Assembly: GCF_001949145.1 (NCBI RefSeq)
Contig: NW_019091362.1
Location: 3,116,805 to 3,180,804, forward strand
Length of the DNA: 64,000 nt
Origin: Acanthaster planci
Lineage: Eukaryota
Direction: 5' to 3'
Shown here: piece after piece, positions 39,401 to 54,400 of the stretch
How the letters are laid out: each line of letters begins with the position of its first letter
Position numbering within the stretch: the stretch's first letter is position 1
Notes under the pieces: model-generated
What the model was told of the DNA's origin: nothing
Seen by the model: only the letters and a program-made list of their open reading frames with translations
Database searches by the model: none
Program-made: the position numbers and the translations under genes

Positions 39401-42400
39401 CTGGACGTCATGAAAGGCGGCTTGTATTTCTACAAATGCTGCGACCATAAATAGTGCATAGCACTGGCCAGTGTCACTTCCCTCAGGAGACGTCATTCAT
39501 AGGACAATACCCAAAAATTAATGCAACTGGGTTAAATTGTAAAGTGTGATGCCCTCTGGAAAGTCGCAAATCAAAGTGCTGGCTTGATTGATCTGTCTTT
39601 ATTTTTGGGGGGGGGGGGAATCAGAGTGAGATGTTTGTTGGCCCATTCCGTCCCATCTCCTTTTTTGTGTGGAAAGTTTTGGGTGTCACTGTACAGGTAC
39701 ATCTTTATCTAGATAGTGCCGCATTTAAGAAAAGAGACTTGTCGTGAAATGATAAGCCCTGATTCCACGTAGATGGGTGGAAGGAGACTCATTTAGTACT
39801 GTGGGTCTTTTCATACTAAGTTTCACTCTTGCACCAACGTATACATATATTTCTCGTGCACAATTGTCACCCTGAAGCCAAAATTAGAAGTGGTGCATGC
39901 AAGAAGGAATTACAAAAAATGTGAACATTAAATTAACATGAAAGAAAAACAGTGTTGGTAGCAATGTAATAATAGAGATATTTGAAGTAAAGTTACATAT
40001 TTAAGACAAAAAAGATAAAAATGATTAGCAAATATACATGTACATACCATAAAATAGTTATGAACGAATTAAGATGAGCAAGATACATGTATATCCTAAA
40101 TTATTTCAGAGATTGAGAACAAAAGAGGACTTGGCTTTTTGGAACCCGTTTATTCTTGCTGGTAATTGTGAATTATTGTTTGACTTTAGATACCTGCTGT
40201 GACTCTCCTGACGGTATTTACTCAACAAGTGTTACATGTATGTAACATGATTGATCACATAAACATTTCCCTGTCACACAGAGAGAAATGATAACATAAA
40301 CATATCCCTGTCACACAGAGAGAAATGATCACATAAACATATCCCTGCCACACAGAGAGAAAAGCTCAAATCTGACAGGAATGTCCCACATGACATGCAC
40401 ATGTGTGCAGAATTTTCAACGTTTTTCTATATGTGGTTTAACTCACAGACACATGCTCAAGCATGAATGGGTGTACAGTACATTGGTAATGATTTGGACA
40501 CAGCATGGTGCCCTGTACCCTGTGCATGCACAGTTGCGCATGCTAGACTGAAAATGTTCTGTGTGTTTGAAAAGGCTTCACCTAGACATTCCAGATGATG
40601 CACAGGTACATATGCAACACTTGTCATCCTGTTGATAAACATAAGCTGGGATGCTGCTGTTTCATTTTGTGGGCGAGATAAGATTTTAGGAGATCCCCAG
40701 AAATGACACAATGGCACAAGGCTGGTTGATCCCCTGTGGAATTTTAAACAGAGGAGGGATTTTTGCTCAAGAAGTGTTTTAGAAGTGACACAATCAATTC
40801 AGAAAGTCCAAGGTATCATTCAGCATGTTCAGAGGAGAAGAAGAAAAGGGTTTTGTGAAAGAGAGAAGGCATTGAACAGTGTGGCCAGAAAGATGAAGTC
40901 TGCATACCGTAACTGACCAGTATAAAGGTAGCAGAACAGAGAGCAAAGATTTTCTCTGCTGTGGTTCAAGCTTGTCTGCTTAATCCTGTTAAATACCCGA
41001 ATGCCCTAACTCCATAGAGCCAAGGCAGCCCTTTTGTTCACAGTGGGAAATTTTATGACGTCCCAGTACCGAGTTGTGAGCGAGAAAAAATTACACAACG
41101 TTTTTTCCCCTCTCTATATTTATACTTTGCTGTTCATGGCATAAAATATTAGCTTGGAATCATTGTCTGACGACCTTTAAGACAAGCTTTCTGCTTTTGT
41201 TGGTTAGGTTGGTTAGGTAGACCATGGATAGAGGTTCATATTCTCCAACCCCCTAGGATGTATGTAAACATTATATTGAAATTGAAGGATTGAGGACTAT
41301 TAGGGTTATACACATGAAATTTTCAAATTTTATACACAGCCATTAGTTCTCAAAGCCTTTTCCCTTTGAGGAGAGTGTCTTGTGCTCATTAAGTGTATGA
41401 CTCGGATTAGTATCAGTAAATTAGTGGGGAGTAGTCTCAAGCAAGACTTAAAAGGAAGACCTGAGTAGAGTAGATATACATGTGAAACAACAAAGTATGT
41501 TTAGAAAGAACGCCCTCAAGGGCAGAGGAGAGACAGGCTTGCAGGAAGTTTTTTTTAATTGGGCTTGTGCATTTGCCCGGCTGCCTGGCCCATCCTGGGA
41601 GATTGTACAATCCAAACAGTGTGCAGACAGGATGGGTTCCCCCCCAAAAGGAACTTGTGGCTGTATGCAAACACCATCTTTGGTGCTCACACAGGATGGA
41701 ATAGAGGTTTTCCCATCCTTTTACAGTGCAGCAATTAATACCATTCTGCAAAATGGCAAATGTTAATTTGCTGCCGAAGATCATGACCCACTGTCTGCTT
41801 ATAATTGGCAAAGCAGCCAAACTCATATGCCTGCCAACTTTGTGGCACGGTATGGGCCACTGACGGTTCTTTTTAAGCAGTAATACTCCTTTTTAATTTA
41901 AAGGGGGGAAAAACACCCTGAGAAGTGACATGGTAGGCAGTGAACCGTGGATAAGATCAGTAGACTCCAGGCTAAGAGGCTCTTGGGCAAATACGGCACT
42001 TGATTTTGTACATATAACTGCAGCATCCGTGGAGACTATGAGCCAATTTACAAATGTACAGGTACAGTGTACAATGTACGCCAACAGGAATGACCTCCCC
42101 CCATCTTGTTTTATGATAAATATTTAGATTTTACAATGAATTTATTGATGCATGCCTTTAAACTGCCCCTCTCTTCAAAGCGCTGGGCAGTTACCCTCTG
42201 CAAGTGATTTGGGCTGGATGACCTCAATCTATATGGAGGTCACAAGTCCAGTAAATGGACACATAAATCCTACCCTGGGCACCCATCCATGCTCAGGGGA
42301 TTAGGAAGTTGTGAAAGACAAGACACACTCTACTGAAACCCATACACCTGTGGGCCACATGGACCATTCTTGGAGAATGGGAATCACCAAGGTTGGACAA

Positions 42401-45400
42401 CCTGGTGCTCAGGAACTATGTAGGCCAGTGATGGTAGCAGAGACTGTGAAGATCACTCTATGGCTGTCAATATGTACTTTCCCTTTGGCTAGATATATAC
42501 CGGTACATGTATGTATTTGTTGAGTCTGTGCTGGCAGTTTCATTGGCTTTACAAAAATCAACTGGTAATAACGTCCAATTAACTTGAGTATGGGTTGTTT
42601 GAAGCTTGTTGTAAAAAAGAGATTCAACAAAGCATCCCCTCAACAACCCCCCCCAAATGCTGCAATATAACAGATTAGCAAAACATACTTCCGAGGTAAT
42701 TCATCAGAAAATTTACCCAGTTAAAAAATTTTTTAAGTTACTGCCCTATGATGCACAGTCCTTCTGAAGCGTATCCCCCGCACACCTCTTGGAAGAAGGG
42801 CTCCGAGTCAAGCGCTTACGTACATGTGAGGCTTAATAGTTGTGCCATTAAGTCTGCCATGAACAATGTTCGTCCACTGCATTTGTTCTATGAGTCATCA
42901 TCCGAGTCTACCTCTCTCACCCCCTCGTGCTCCTCTGTCTGTGATCCCAGGGTGTTAGTCACGAGAAGACTCGCGTCCTGGTCATCATTCGTCATTAGTG
43001 CAGGCATTCGTGCTGCGCTTGTGAGCATGAATTTTGCCTCCGGCCTCTCAAACAGGATGAGATGGTTTTTCCTATCGTTAAATGGAATAAATTACCGGTC
43101 CTCGCCATTAGTGTCATCAGCCAGTGATTAGACTGTCCCAACTTACACACATGTAAATTAAGGATGCTATAGAAAAACAAAGATGGGTAGATTTCAAAAG
43201 TTTACATCCAGTTCCCATACATCTGCCCATCCATCAAAATTATGAATATCACAAGTTCCTGATTAAAAACTCTTGCCATAAATCTGATAAACTCCTGTAC
43301 CCAAGCTTGGTGAAGTTTGACAGTGATTAGTGGTACAAAATAACATATTTTCAGAGAGGTTCTTTTAATGCCTATGGGATACAGCCAACCCCCCCTCCCC
43401 CATTGATGGAGTTCATTAACCTCAAGTCTGCTAGCAGTGGTCAGTTGTATGCAAGTGCATGTGCTGTTCGATTTGCCAGTGCAGAATTAGTCAAAGTACG
43501 AGTACATATAAGTGGCAGAGTAGCCTGTCAGAGCCGGATTTATCCAGTATGACAGATACACTGTTGTAGTTTGTTGCATGTTGTTGCAACGAGCCAGGTT
43601 TCTCGTTTCAACGGTGCTGCATTCTGTTGCATTTAGCAGGTGGGGTAGAGAAAAACCTAATGGGGAAGAATTAATGTTTTGTCTGCTTTACCGAAATGGT
43701 AAAGTTGAATTGAAGTATTTGATATTTGCTGACTCTTCTCTTGGCTTGCCTACACCGTATGTATCAGCACAAAGCTTATAATGGAAATGATAATGATTAG
43801 GTTATTGCGTTTATTGTAATCTGTTCATCTGTCACTTGCCTATTTCTCAGAGCCTTACCAGCTACGTTTTATGAGGAAACGATAGTAAGATGATACATGT
43901 ACACTGTACTACCCATGTGTCTTTTAAATGAAAGTTTCATATCCCATTAATGAAGGTGTGTGAAAAAACCTACAAAGGTTTCAATTTTCACGTCTCTAAT
44001 TACCGGTGGGCAATTTAATTAGATAACTAGGTAATTTAATGTTTTTCACATTGTCATGGAGTAGTGCCATTGACAAACACAGTATTCATGTACAAAAAGC
44101 ATGCAGTTTGGGTAGCATTTTTACTTTGTTGGCACTATTCATATGTCTGGCCAAAATATAAATAGTTTTGATGAAGTGAAAATAAATTAATTCAAGTTTG
44201 AAACTTCTCAAGAATAAAACATTTAACAGAAAAGATGATTTCAAGAGAATGGTAATTCAAGAAAACAGAACAAAGATAAAAGCAAACAAGAATGAAAAGA
44301 TTATTTTGTGTTTTGTCTTTGTGCAGTGAGATGTTTGGTGGCTATTCAGTTTGCTTGTAAAGATGGTTTCCAGTGTATCCCGTCCTCCTGGCAATGCGAC
44401 GGAGACCCTGACTGCAGAGACTTCAGCGATGAGGAGCGCTGCGGTAAGATGCCACGATCCATCTTATGTTTGCTCTGACTCATACAAGTCGGGAGTCTGG
44501 GGGACATTAAGGGAAATGCAGGACTTTTCGCATCGACGGGGGGGGGGGAAAGGAATGGTACAAGGAGCAGAATTTGTCCCGGGGATAAAATTTTACTCGT
44601 GAAGTCAGCCATATTCTGTGTAGTAAAAAGATATGTCAGTCATTGAATTTTTAATCAGTCACGTACACATACGTGTATATAGTGGCCAGGTGTTGATGGT
44701 TTGAGGTTTTTTTGTTCTGTGTCAGTGCAATGTCGTTAGAAAAGGTCTATTCACCTGTTCTGAGTGAATTGGAACATGATACCCGGATGAAATTTGGTTT
44801 CAGTTCCAGTGGTTGCAACAGTCTCCAGTAGAAAGTGGACAATATTAAAATTGAAAACTGCTGACCCCTTGGGCAAGGGAAGATTTAAGAATTTTTCTCT
44901 TACTTTGTCGTAAGAAGAAACTGAAACTATGAAATATTTTCAGCAGGCTATGCACATACATTTGCTTTCCAGGAAATAGGAAATTGGAATCCTTGCTGTT
45001 GATTAGCTGATCCTGGGGAAAATGTAATACCTCTGATTATCGTTGAGTATTCCTCTCTGATCTCTGATCTTGAGCCTACACATATAACATCCATGCACAT
45101 ATGAGTGAGCCCACCCAGCCCTAATCATGCACAGTTTGTTCAAAGGGGGTTTATTTTTAACAGTATTGGCTTAATGATCAAAAAGTCTTGCAGCTGGTGA
45201 CAGATTTCAGTTTCATCACAGTTAAAATTACCACAGCTTTGTAATTTAGCTGGCTAATGTACGCGTACCGGTAGTGAATAAGTGCACCTGTACAACACTT
45301 CATATTTTGGGACCAGTTGCTTATCTAAAGCCTTGGGTCCAGTGGGGCTGAATGAAATTTTTTTCTGACCACAACCGTCCGATTCTTTCATCTACCCAAG

Positions 45401-48400
45401 AATTCTCCTCCTTTCCTAAAAGTCTGGTGCTTTCAATTCCTTTTAAAAAAAGGGCAACATACAGTGTATGGGGGGGGAGGGAGAGACAAATGGGAGGGGG
45501 AACTTTGCCCCCCCCCTGCTGGATACTCTAGAGCATTATGTGACTTTATACAACTGAATTAAACTTGTTAAAATACTGAACATGCAATTATTAAAACCCC
45601 AACCTCATCGAACGCTACAAAATATTACTAGGACTTAGTAGCAAAATGTAGCATACAGTGCTGTGGCACTATGAATACATGACCTTTATTGTTCTCTGTA
45701 CGAGTAACAATTGAAGTGCCCTAGCCAGAAGTAGTAATTCATAGCACTTGGTCCTTAGTATTTTCTTCTACTGAGTCCTGCACCCCAGATAATATGCCAG
45801 GGGGTAAGCGTAAAAAAAAATTCTTAACACAGTATACTGCATGCTTTTTTTTTTTCGAGTACCAAACAATTGTAACTAATACATGGGTTGGTGCCTTCCT
45901 GATCAGGTGAGATAACTTGTCCAGACCACATGTTCCGATGCCCCAACAGCACTGTGTGCATCCCCATGGGATGGGTGTGCGACGGCGACAATGATTGCGG
46001 GGACTTTGAGGACGAGAATGTGAACAGAGCAGGTGAGGAGGTCCGCCGGTAGTTGCCATTGTGCTAGCCATGTCAAACTTGACTGGCTTGAGCAGAGAGC
46101 AATGCACGGGTCTGTTGGAAGTTGTCGCAGCTATTGGCCAGTTGGTGTTACATTACATTGTTACATTCAGCCATAGCCTTCACTTCAGTCTGACATGCTG
46201 CTATTGACCGTTTTGACATGACCATGTGACCTAAGCATGCACCACACTGATGCTGAACCAGGCTTAAAGACTGTGGATGTACCTTCAAGTGTGCCCTTTC
46301 CCAAATTTGTCATTTTGAGGAGGCCAACAGTCATTCACACATTTGCCAGGATTAGCATAGATCTCTCTTGTCGGATGCCATCTTCATAGGATAATTACAA
46401 CGGCATGGTCAGTGTCATTAGGTCTGTGTGCAAGTAGTACGGAAATGCTTGATACATACATGTACATGCATATTGATCTAAATTTCTTTGAAATATGGCA
46501 CAGCTGATGCATGTCAGAAAAATTTGAGGTCCAAAACGTCAATGCGGGTAGCAGTCTACAGGAAGTGACCTCATTTGAGAGAGACCAATTGCTTTAAAAA
46601 AATTGATTCCTGATGTGGAATGTTATGCTATTTAAATTGACAGAAATTTGCAACCTTCCAAGCATGCTGACCCTTTCCTGGGCATTGAATTTTTGTATTA
46701 TTGAGGATTATGCCCTGTAAGATGTAAAACTGGTCGGAATTCAACTTTCCCTTATTCAATATACATGAAAAATACACCAACGAGTTATATGACTTTGGAG
46801 AGAGCTCATTCCTTTTGTCCAATTTCGGCAGGCTTACATTGCTCATCGACACCTTCACCGTTCAAGTGCCCTCCAAACCAGTTCCGGTGCCTGGGGACGA
46901 CCACCTGCATTCGACCAAGCCAGGTCTGCAACAGGGTCCCGGACTGTCCCGGAGGTAGCGATGAAGGGGCGTTTTGTCTGCCAGGTATCACCTACTTACA
47001 CCTTCCTGTCTAACAACCAGTGATTTTAACACTGTTGACCACCTCTCAACAATGTCAATTTGGGCTCCCGATCAGTCATTTGCTATCCAAGCATCACTGT
47101 GCTGGTTATCAAGAGGACAAGAGTTTTCAAATGCAGTACACACTTCATGGAATATCTTCATTTTAGTTACTGAACAATTTGCTCCATAATGCTGGTTTCT
47201 TTTCTTTTTTGGACACCCTGTGAAGTGCCTTGAATGCTGTCAAGTACATGTACCATGTGAATGCTGTCAAGTACATGTACCATGTGTGGTTAAAATAGAA
47301 TTGTGTCATTCACGTCACTCCAGTGCCGTCTCACATGTCACATAGTGCTGCATGGAATGCTCATGTTGCAGATCAAATGTTGAGTTATGCCCTGTGACAA
47401 ATTGTTTTTTTTCTGTGGAAAGCACTTGAGAGAGCTACCAGTATATGGTGTGTGCTGTTGGACTTCCAATTAATGAAGCCGAATAATGTCAAGCATAGTT
47501 CACTGAATCTAACAACTTGTCAAGTAATCCTTTAGTACTCTCTCTCTGCATTATTTTTTAACAACTTTATCAAAAATACTTTGGTGGGTTTTTTTTGGTT
47601 AGGCATCACCCGGATTACCTCTAGATGAATAACTATCTCTGTCTGATTCTGTCCACAGTAAATCAGAACAAATGCGCCCTGCACAGCTGTGAGCTATGCG
47701 TTGACACGGTTTACGGAGCTATGTGCTACTGTCGGGACGGCTACCAGATCAAGAAAGGAGTAATATGCGAAAGTGAGCTACCTTGGCCAGATGTTTTTTT
47801 GGGGGGGGGGTTCTTCTGCCGATTCGCATTTTACCATTAAGCCAGTTTTACTGTAATTGTCAGCATTGTAACTTGTAGTTTCTGTTTGCCTATTTCAGAC
47901 GTTAACGAGTGCAGTGACTACAGTCTAAACCTCTGTGATCAGATTTGTATCGACTCAGACGGGAGCTACAACTGCTCGTGTGATCATGGGTACCAGCTTC
48001 AAAAGGACGGCAGAAGTTGCGCACCAGCCAATCGTAAGGATCGGTACTCTTTGTTTTGCATAATTCATAGTGAGCTAGTTTGGTATGTCAACAGCACGTG
48101 ATTTGGTCATGTGATTTGGTCTCATGAGATTGGGGGTGGTATCCTGACTCTTATACGCCGAACTTGTTTGAACTGACATAACATCAAGTGCTTTAGTCTC
48201 ACTTGACCCTGCCTCTTTGAAATAATGCAGTGGCTCATTAGCAATCCTTCCTTTTCAGTATGATTGTTCATCTATACAAAGGCTTTAGGATGAAAGAGAA
48301 CGGGGTCAAACAGACTTGCGGTTTAACGGACCGTGACTTGACTTTACTGCAGGGAAAAAGAAGCAAAGTGACCACAGCACTGGCTCGGGCATTGTTTGCC

Positions 48401-51400
48401 GTTTCCATATCTGAAAAATGGCACAGTAATGCCACTGACGTATTTCAGTTTGAAAATGGACCATCATGGACTTGTTAATTACCAGTTCTCTCTGGCTTGG
48501 ACTCTTTTTTCTTAGCAGAGGAGCCCGGTCAACTCTTTGTGGCAAACATGGGGCAGATTCTGAAGCTGAATTTGAAGGGTGTAGATGTGGAGGGCGTATC
48601 TCATGTTGATGCCCTTGGTGCCATGGCACTGGATTTCGATATCCGTAAGAAAAAGGTCAGTGTTTTGGAGAACCCCCTCCTCTTAAAAAAAATTACTGAG
48701 GCTGTGCCAAATATCCAAGTAACCGAATATTCGATCGATTGTTGAATATTTGAATATTATTTTCCAAATTTGAATATTCAAATGCACAATTCATGAAAAG
48801 TAAGGGAAAATTTTCTTTTGTTTTAAATAAGAAACATTGCACTTAGGAGGCTTGTTTCAAGCTGATTCAAATGAAAAGCATCAGAAATCTTACAACAATT
48901 TTAAAACTAAACAGTTTAAAGGAATAGAAATTTTTGACAGGGCTATATTCTTGTTGATCTCTTAAATCTTGCTAAATCATGGCTGGAGATACTCCTAGAT
49001 GTGAGAAGCTATCATATTGATCATAATGCACAAATGTGTGTGTTATTGCCGCTTATTTTGTATATGGTTTGTTCATCAACAGTCTGCCAAGTGGGTATGA
49101 CCGAATATTGGGATATTCGATCAAATTGAAGGTCAAATATTTGAATAGTGAATTATTCGAATTGACTCAGCGCTAAAAATTTGTTGTTGTTTTTTAAGGA
49201 AATTATGGCCATTTGAAAGACTGTTGCAGAATCAAGAAGATTAGATCAAATAAAGATACACTTTAAAACACTTTAAAAAAATAACCAGGAAAAAAAAAGA
49301 CACCACCCCTGAGAGTTTGTTTGCTTTGTGTGTTAAGGGATGACTTTTCCCCATCTCACACAAAAATATCTAGAAGAGTTTCACTACCCAAAGATTTGGT
49401 ATTGGAAACAACTTAAATGCTTTATTATGTAACATCTGCAAGAGTTTTACAGTGATGTAACATCTGACAATTCAGAATTCATGCTGTGCTCAGTCTTTCC
49501 TTTTGGCTTGATGTCTCAATTCTCAATTGCATAGGTCTGCTGGATAAACTTTGCAGCAGCAAACAACCATTTGATATGTGGGAACCCGACTACATTGGGC
49601 GACCTTGTTACAGTGGATGTTGTCTTCAGTGTCAGTCGTAAGTAATTTGGAACACGGCAGCCCAGTTACACCAGTAGCCCTTGATTCTCCTTTGGGTAGG
49701 CAGGGGTTGAAAGGTCAAAGTGTCAAAAGATTAGCTGGTACGTTTTGGCATTGGCACCTGCCTCTTTGATTTCATATTTCCTCCCTTTGGTCCCATAAAG
49801 TGAGCATTGCAGGACTACCATTCCATGTTTTCTTTCGGCCTATTGAGATTTACTAGTTTAACGCTATGCCGGGATATCTTTCCTTACTTTCTAGTAGGAA
49901 AAATGGGCTGATTTCCAGTTTCTTTTGAGATTACCTTTTAACATGTAATTTCTATCAAATGTTAAAAATCTTTGAGTGCATTTTGTGGTTGATTGTGTTT
50001 TCTGGGGGGCTGTTCATGATTAAATTTCTTGAAGAAACAAAACATTGTGTCATTGGAATTTTTTTGCATGCTGATGGGCATGAAACAGTGCTTTGTATTT
50101 TGTATTTCCAGCTATTGGTTTAATCTATATCAATCAATAAACCCAAATTTTGTGGGGTCTCCATTTTTAAGAGCTTCCCCTGCAGACAATGGTGTGATAT
50201 TTCAGGATTTTTCATTCAAGAAATGTGGAATTTTGCCAGGTTCAATCATTCAGGTTTTCGTACTTTCTAGCACTTTCTACGCAAAACCAATTGAAATATG
50301 TACCTATTTATAGCCATTTATGAAAGAACTCATACATCTTTGTTAGTTATTAAATGCCTTAGAAAGTATTTTATCACTGTCATTGTCAGTGTCCTTGACT
50401 TTGTCTTTGTCCCCAAAACCCTCCACCAGTTGGGCTCAACTCTGATGGTTTACTAAGCTTGTGTTTTTTTTCTCTCTCTCTGCTTTCTTCAACCAGACAT
50501 CCAACAGTTTGCCATCGACTGGGTGACCAGCAACTTCTACTTTGTGGATGATGTGGCCGACCAGGTCCTGGTCAGCAACAGCGATGCCAATAAATTCATC
50601 CCAGTCATCGAGACGGGCTTAGATCAGCCCCTGGGAATAGCGCTGGATCCAAACAGAGGGTATTGCATTTGTTGTCAAAGTTAACTTATCCATACCTGTA
50701 AAAACAATTCTCAAACACATTTACAGCCGATACTGTCAATATGCAGTCGAACCTCTTTCATAAGAGCACTGTCAATACAAGATTCTGCTTATAACGAGGT
50801 AATTTTTAGGTCCCAATCCTTTGTTTTTAATTGTTTTCATTCCTGATAACACAAAGCACCTGTTATAACGAGATAATTTGCAAAGTCCGAAGGACCTCTT
50901 ATTAATGAGGCTGGACTGTACAGAGCACTGTTACATCAAATTATGCTATTAACCATATGCTACCAGATTTAATTTGAAGTTGCATGACGAATTCCCGGGG
51001 CATTTTCAAGATTTCCCGCGTTCACAATTCTTCAAAAATTCATAACTTCATTTACTGGATGTTTACACTGGATGTTTGACTGTGTGGTGGCTAGTTTAAT
51101 CTGACTGGAGCGCTTTTGTCCCCGATGGTAATCCGCTCACGCGGAATGCCACAAACAGTGGTGTAATCATTCAAAACAATGATGAATTGTCTTCGCTATT
51201 GACAACTGAAAAAAATGTTGGCAATTCCCAGCAGCCCTCTCTTTTGTTCCCAGTACTGTCTTTTGTTACAAGGCCCCACTTGTTTGTCCGATTTAGGGCA
51301 CCCCAACATGGCACAAAGTGATCAAGAGTGAATCCTGAGGGACCCAACCTCTTGAATTCATTGTTTCCCTTTTTTTCTCCACTCGGTTTCTAACAAGATC

Positions 51401-54400
51401 CCGTTTACACCAGAGTCATTCAGCTGTTTCCAGCAAGTTCTTTTTATGATGAAAGTTAACTGAATGAGATTGTTTAACTGGAAAGAAAGAGCCATGCTAC
51501 AGTCGTTAAAGCCCATCACAGCCAGTGACCATTCTCGCACAATGTCACCAAGCAGCCCTAACGTTGTGTAGGTTTGGAAAAGTTGGTTCTTTCAAGGTCT
51601 CCTGGGCTCAGGGAATTTGAGTCTTTGTTTGGAAGGGAGAGGAGGTTGACATCTGACTCTTCAGTGGGACAGCTTTGGACCAATTACATGAGGAGTCACA
51701 TTACATCCTAATTCTTGTCAAAGGATATGCAGCCAGAGGGCAAACATTGAAGGTCTTTGCCGGCTGGAGCTAGGCTTTGGCTGGCTGGGTGACTGTGCAG
51801 TCAGTCAGCTTCATCTGAGTGTTTGATAAGTACTGGCTGGGTGTGTATGTCCTTGGGAGGTTAGTCTGTACAGGGGAATTTGGAGTCCATGAAAATTGAC
51901 ACGTATACCCCCCCCAGGTTGTGAAAATATTGTTTGGTCCACTCCAGTGTCTTTTTTCTTGTTCCATGTCATCTCCTTCTTTATTAATTAACACAAATCT
52001 GTGAAGGCATACGATACGTGGAAGAGCCCCATGAGTCCTTTAGATAATAGGACTCTTCATATCACTGCACCACCAAACAGTTGTTTGCAATTGACTACCG
52101 ATACTTCTCCAACTTGAGATTGACTCGTTTAGTGACTAGCCACATCCTTTATTTATACAAGTGGTATCGTGTGTTACACATGAATGTACACAAATGTGGT
52201 TGTGTTTTGAACTCTTGTGAGTTATTTGTCTCTGTGGATTTTTTTTTCAGAAATGCAATTCCAACCAGAGAATTTGACTCAATGCAAAAAAATGGTTGAC
52301 TGGCAGTACCACCCGTGCTAATTAAAAACACTACATCCCATCAGGAAGAGACTGAAAATATAGGGCATTCCCACATGATGAAAATACCTTCCTGTTTGGA
52401 ATTTGGGAACAGCGTTTCTATTCAGGGAACACGTTCTTTGAACGCATTCAAGGAACACATTCCAGGAGTATACTGTGCTGAAAAAGTTGCATCTTAAAAG
52501 AAATGTGAACTGTCCCAAATTTTTTTTAGATGCCACCTAACAAGCCCACACATCAAGTACCCGTACTTCGTACCAGTTCACAGAAACTGATTCCCCCTTT
52601 CCCCGCCCAGGGTGATGTTCCTCACCGATCGCGGAAGCCATCCCAAAGTCAAGAAGGCCAACTTGGATGGCTCTGAGCTCCAGGACATTGTGGTTGGCAA
52701 GATCTCCACGCCTCACAGCATCACAGCTGACCTGGTCGCACAGAGAATCTACTGGACAGACTCAGGCCTGCAGCTTATCGAGAGCAGCAACTACGACGGG
52801 ATGAACCGCCGCACTGTAGCAAGAGGCTCAGGGGTAAGACATCAGATAGGTTCACTGTCCTGGCATAGTTCTTTTGATACCTTGTCCATCTCATTTAAAC
52901 TGACGCTTTTATGTCAGGGTTGGGCAGCTGTAGCACGCTTTTTGCCAAGTAGATGAGATTGGGTTCAGATGCAGCAAAGAAGGATGCAAAAGTCTTGTGG
53001 AAGGATATTTCCCCGAAAATAAATTTTATGCAAATTCATGACCTTTGCAAGGACAGATACAGAGGAAAAATACTGAAATGCAATTTTTGTTGTCTGTTTC
53101 ATTTCCCTTACTTCCAAAGCAAGGAAAAAGCTTAAAAATGAAGTCCCACCCCTCGGAAAGGCCGTAAGAGGCTACATAAATATTCTAAAGGATTTTTGCC
53201 ATCCCCCAGCAATTTTTGGACCCTCCCCCTAGGAAATTTGGATTTGGATGGGCCGTTGGACCATTGTGGGTCCTTTTCTTTTGAATGAGAGGGAAGTTCT
53301 TCCTTGGAACAGCAGTGCCTCTCGGGGTCATGAACCATTTGTCCTTGTTGACATTCTGTGAAGTATGTATGGTGACTGCATTCTTCAGTCAGTGGTATCA
53401 AGATGTCGACCCAGCCTTTCTCTGCTTCATGATAGTGAAGAGGGTACTTGTATGCATTGTCCATTATATTGAGAATAGCCATTGCATCAGTTACGACCAC
53501 TAACATGCATTTTTTCCAGCTCCTGGAATACATGCGACCTGCTCTGTGAAAATGAGTGATAGACCAGTTTTTTTTTCTCAGGAATTTTGCTTCAGTTTGC
53601 CTTAGAAAGAGCAGTCTGAGCTCGTTGTGTGATATATCTCTCATTTTGATATCCTGACGACAGTGGACATCGTTGGTGGTTCCCATTGATTTGCTTAGTG
53701 CAAGATTCTTTTCAAGGCCTGTTACTCAAAAGCGGCTCTAGCTACTTAGGAATCATTTTGACAGCAGGGTACACATTGAAGTGTTACATAAAGAAAGGAA
53801 AGAAGTCATTAGAGGCTCTATTTAAGAGAGACTTGGTGTCTCTTGGCAGTGTCACAAAGGAGTACTTTCCTTGTGACTGCTCTGAAAAACTTGGTATCCT
53901 GATTCGTTTCAGTATTGCTTCTCTAATGTTCCTCCCCTCACTAGGTCATCTTTGGTTTTGGGATCTCTGTCTTTGGTAACTACCTGTACATCACCAATTG
54001 GCAGCCTTACCCCACCGTAACCAGGGTCAACAAGTTCACGGGCAACACCTCCGTTCTCCGAAACGACACAATCAATCATGGGGTGGGGGCTGTCCGAGTC
54101 TACCACGAATTGGTGCAACCGTTGGGTGAGTGGAATAGAGCACACTTTAATTGTAGGCAGTGTTTGGATACATTCAGCTGTGGAAGAAATAATAGCCTCA
54201 TTAATCCATTGGGAATGCAGCACCTTCATCCAGCGTGAAGTATAATCCCATTATGTCTTGTAAACAACTGATTTTTGTTGGCAAAAGTAACGATCACCCA
54301 AAGTAGGCCTAGTTATATATGTACATTGTTGCAGTTGTTTTTGTTGACCGTTTCTCCGAGACTTCCATCTGAACAAAGTGGTGTTTGACCATTTTGCTGT

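Noticed and set aside
40252..40362. 37 bp repeats as a CRISPR array
   Set aside because: Head-to-tail copies without spacers, no cas genes, eukaryotic intron.
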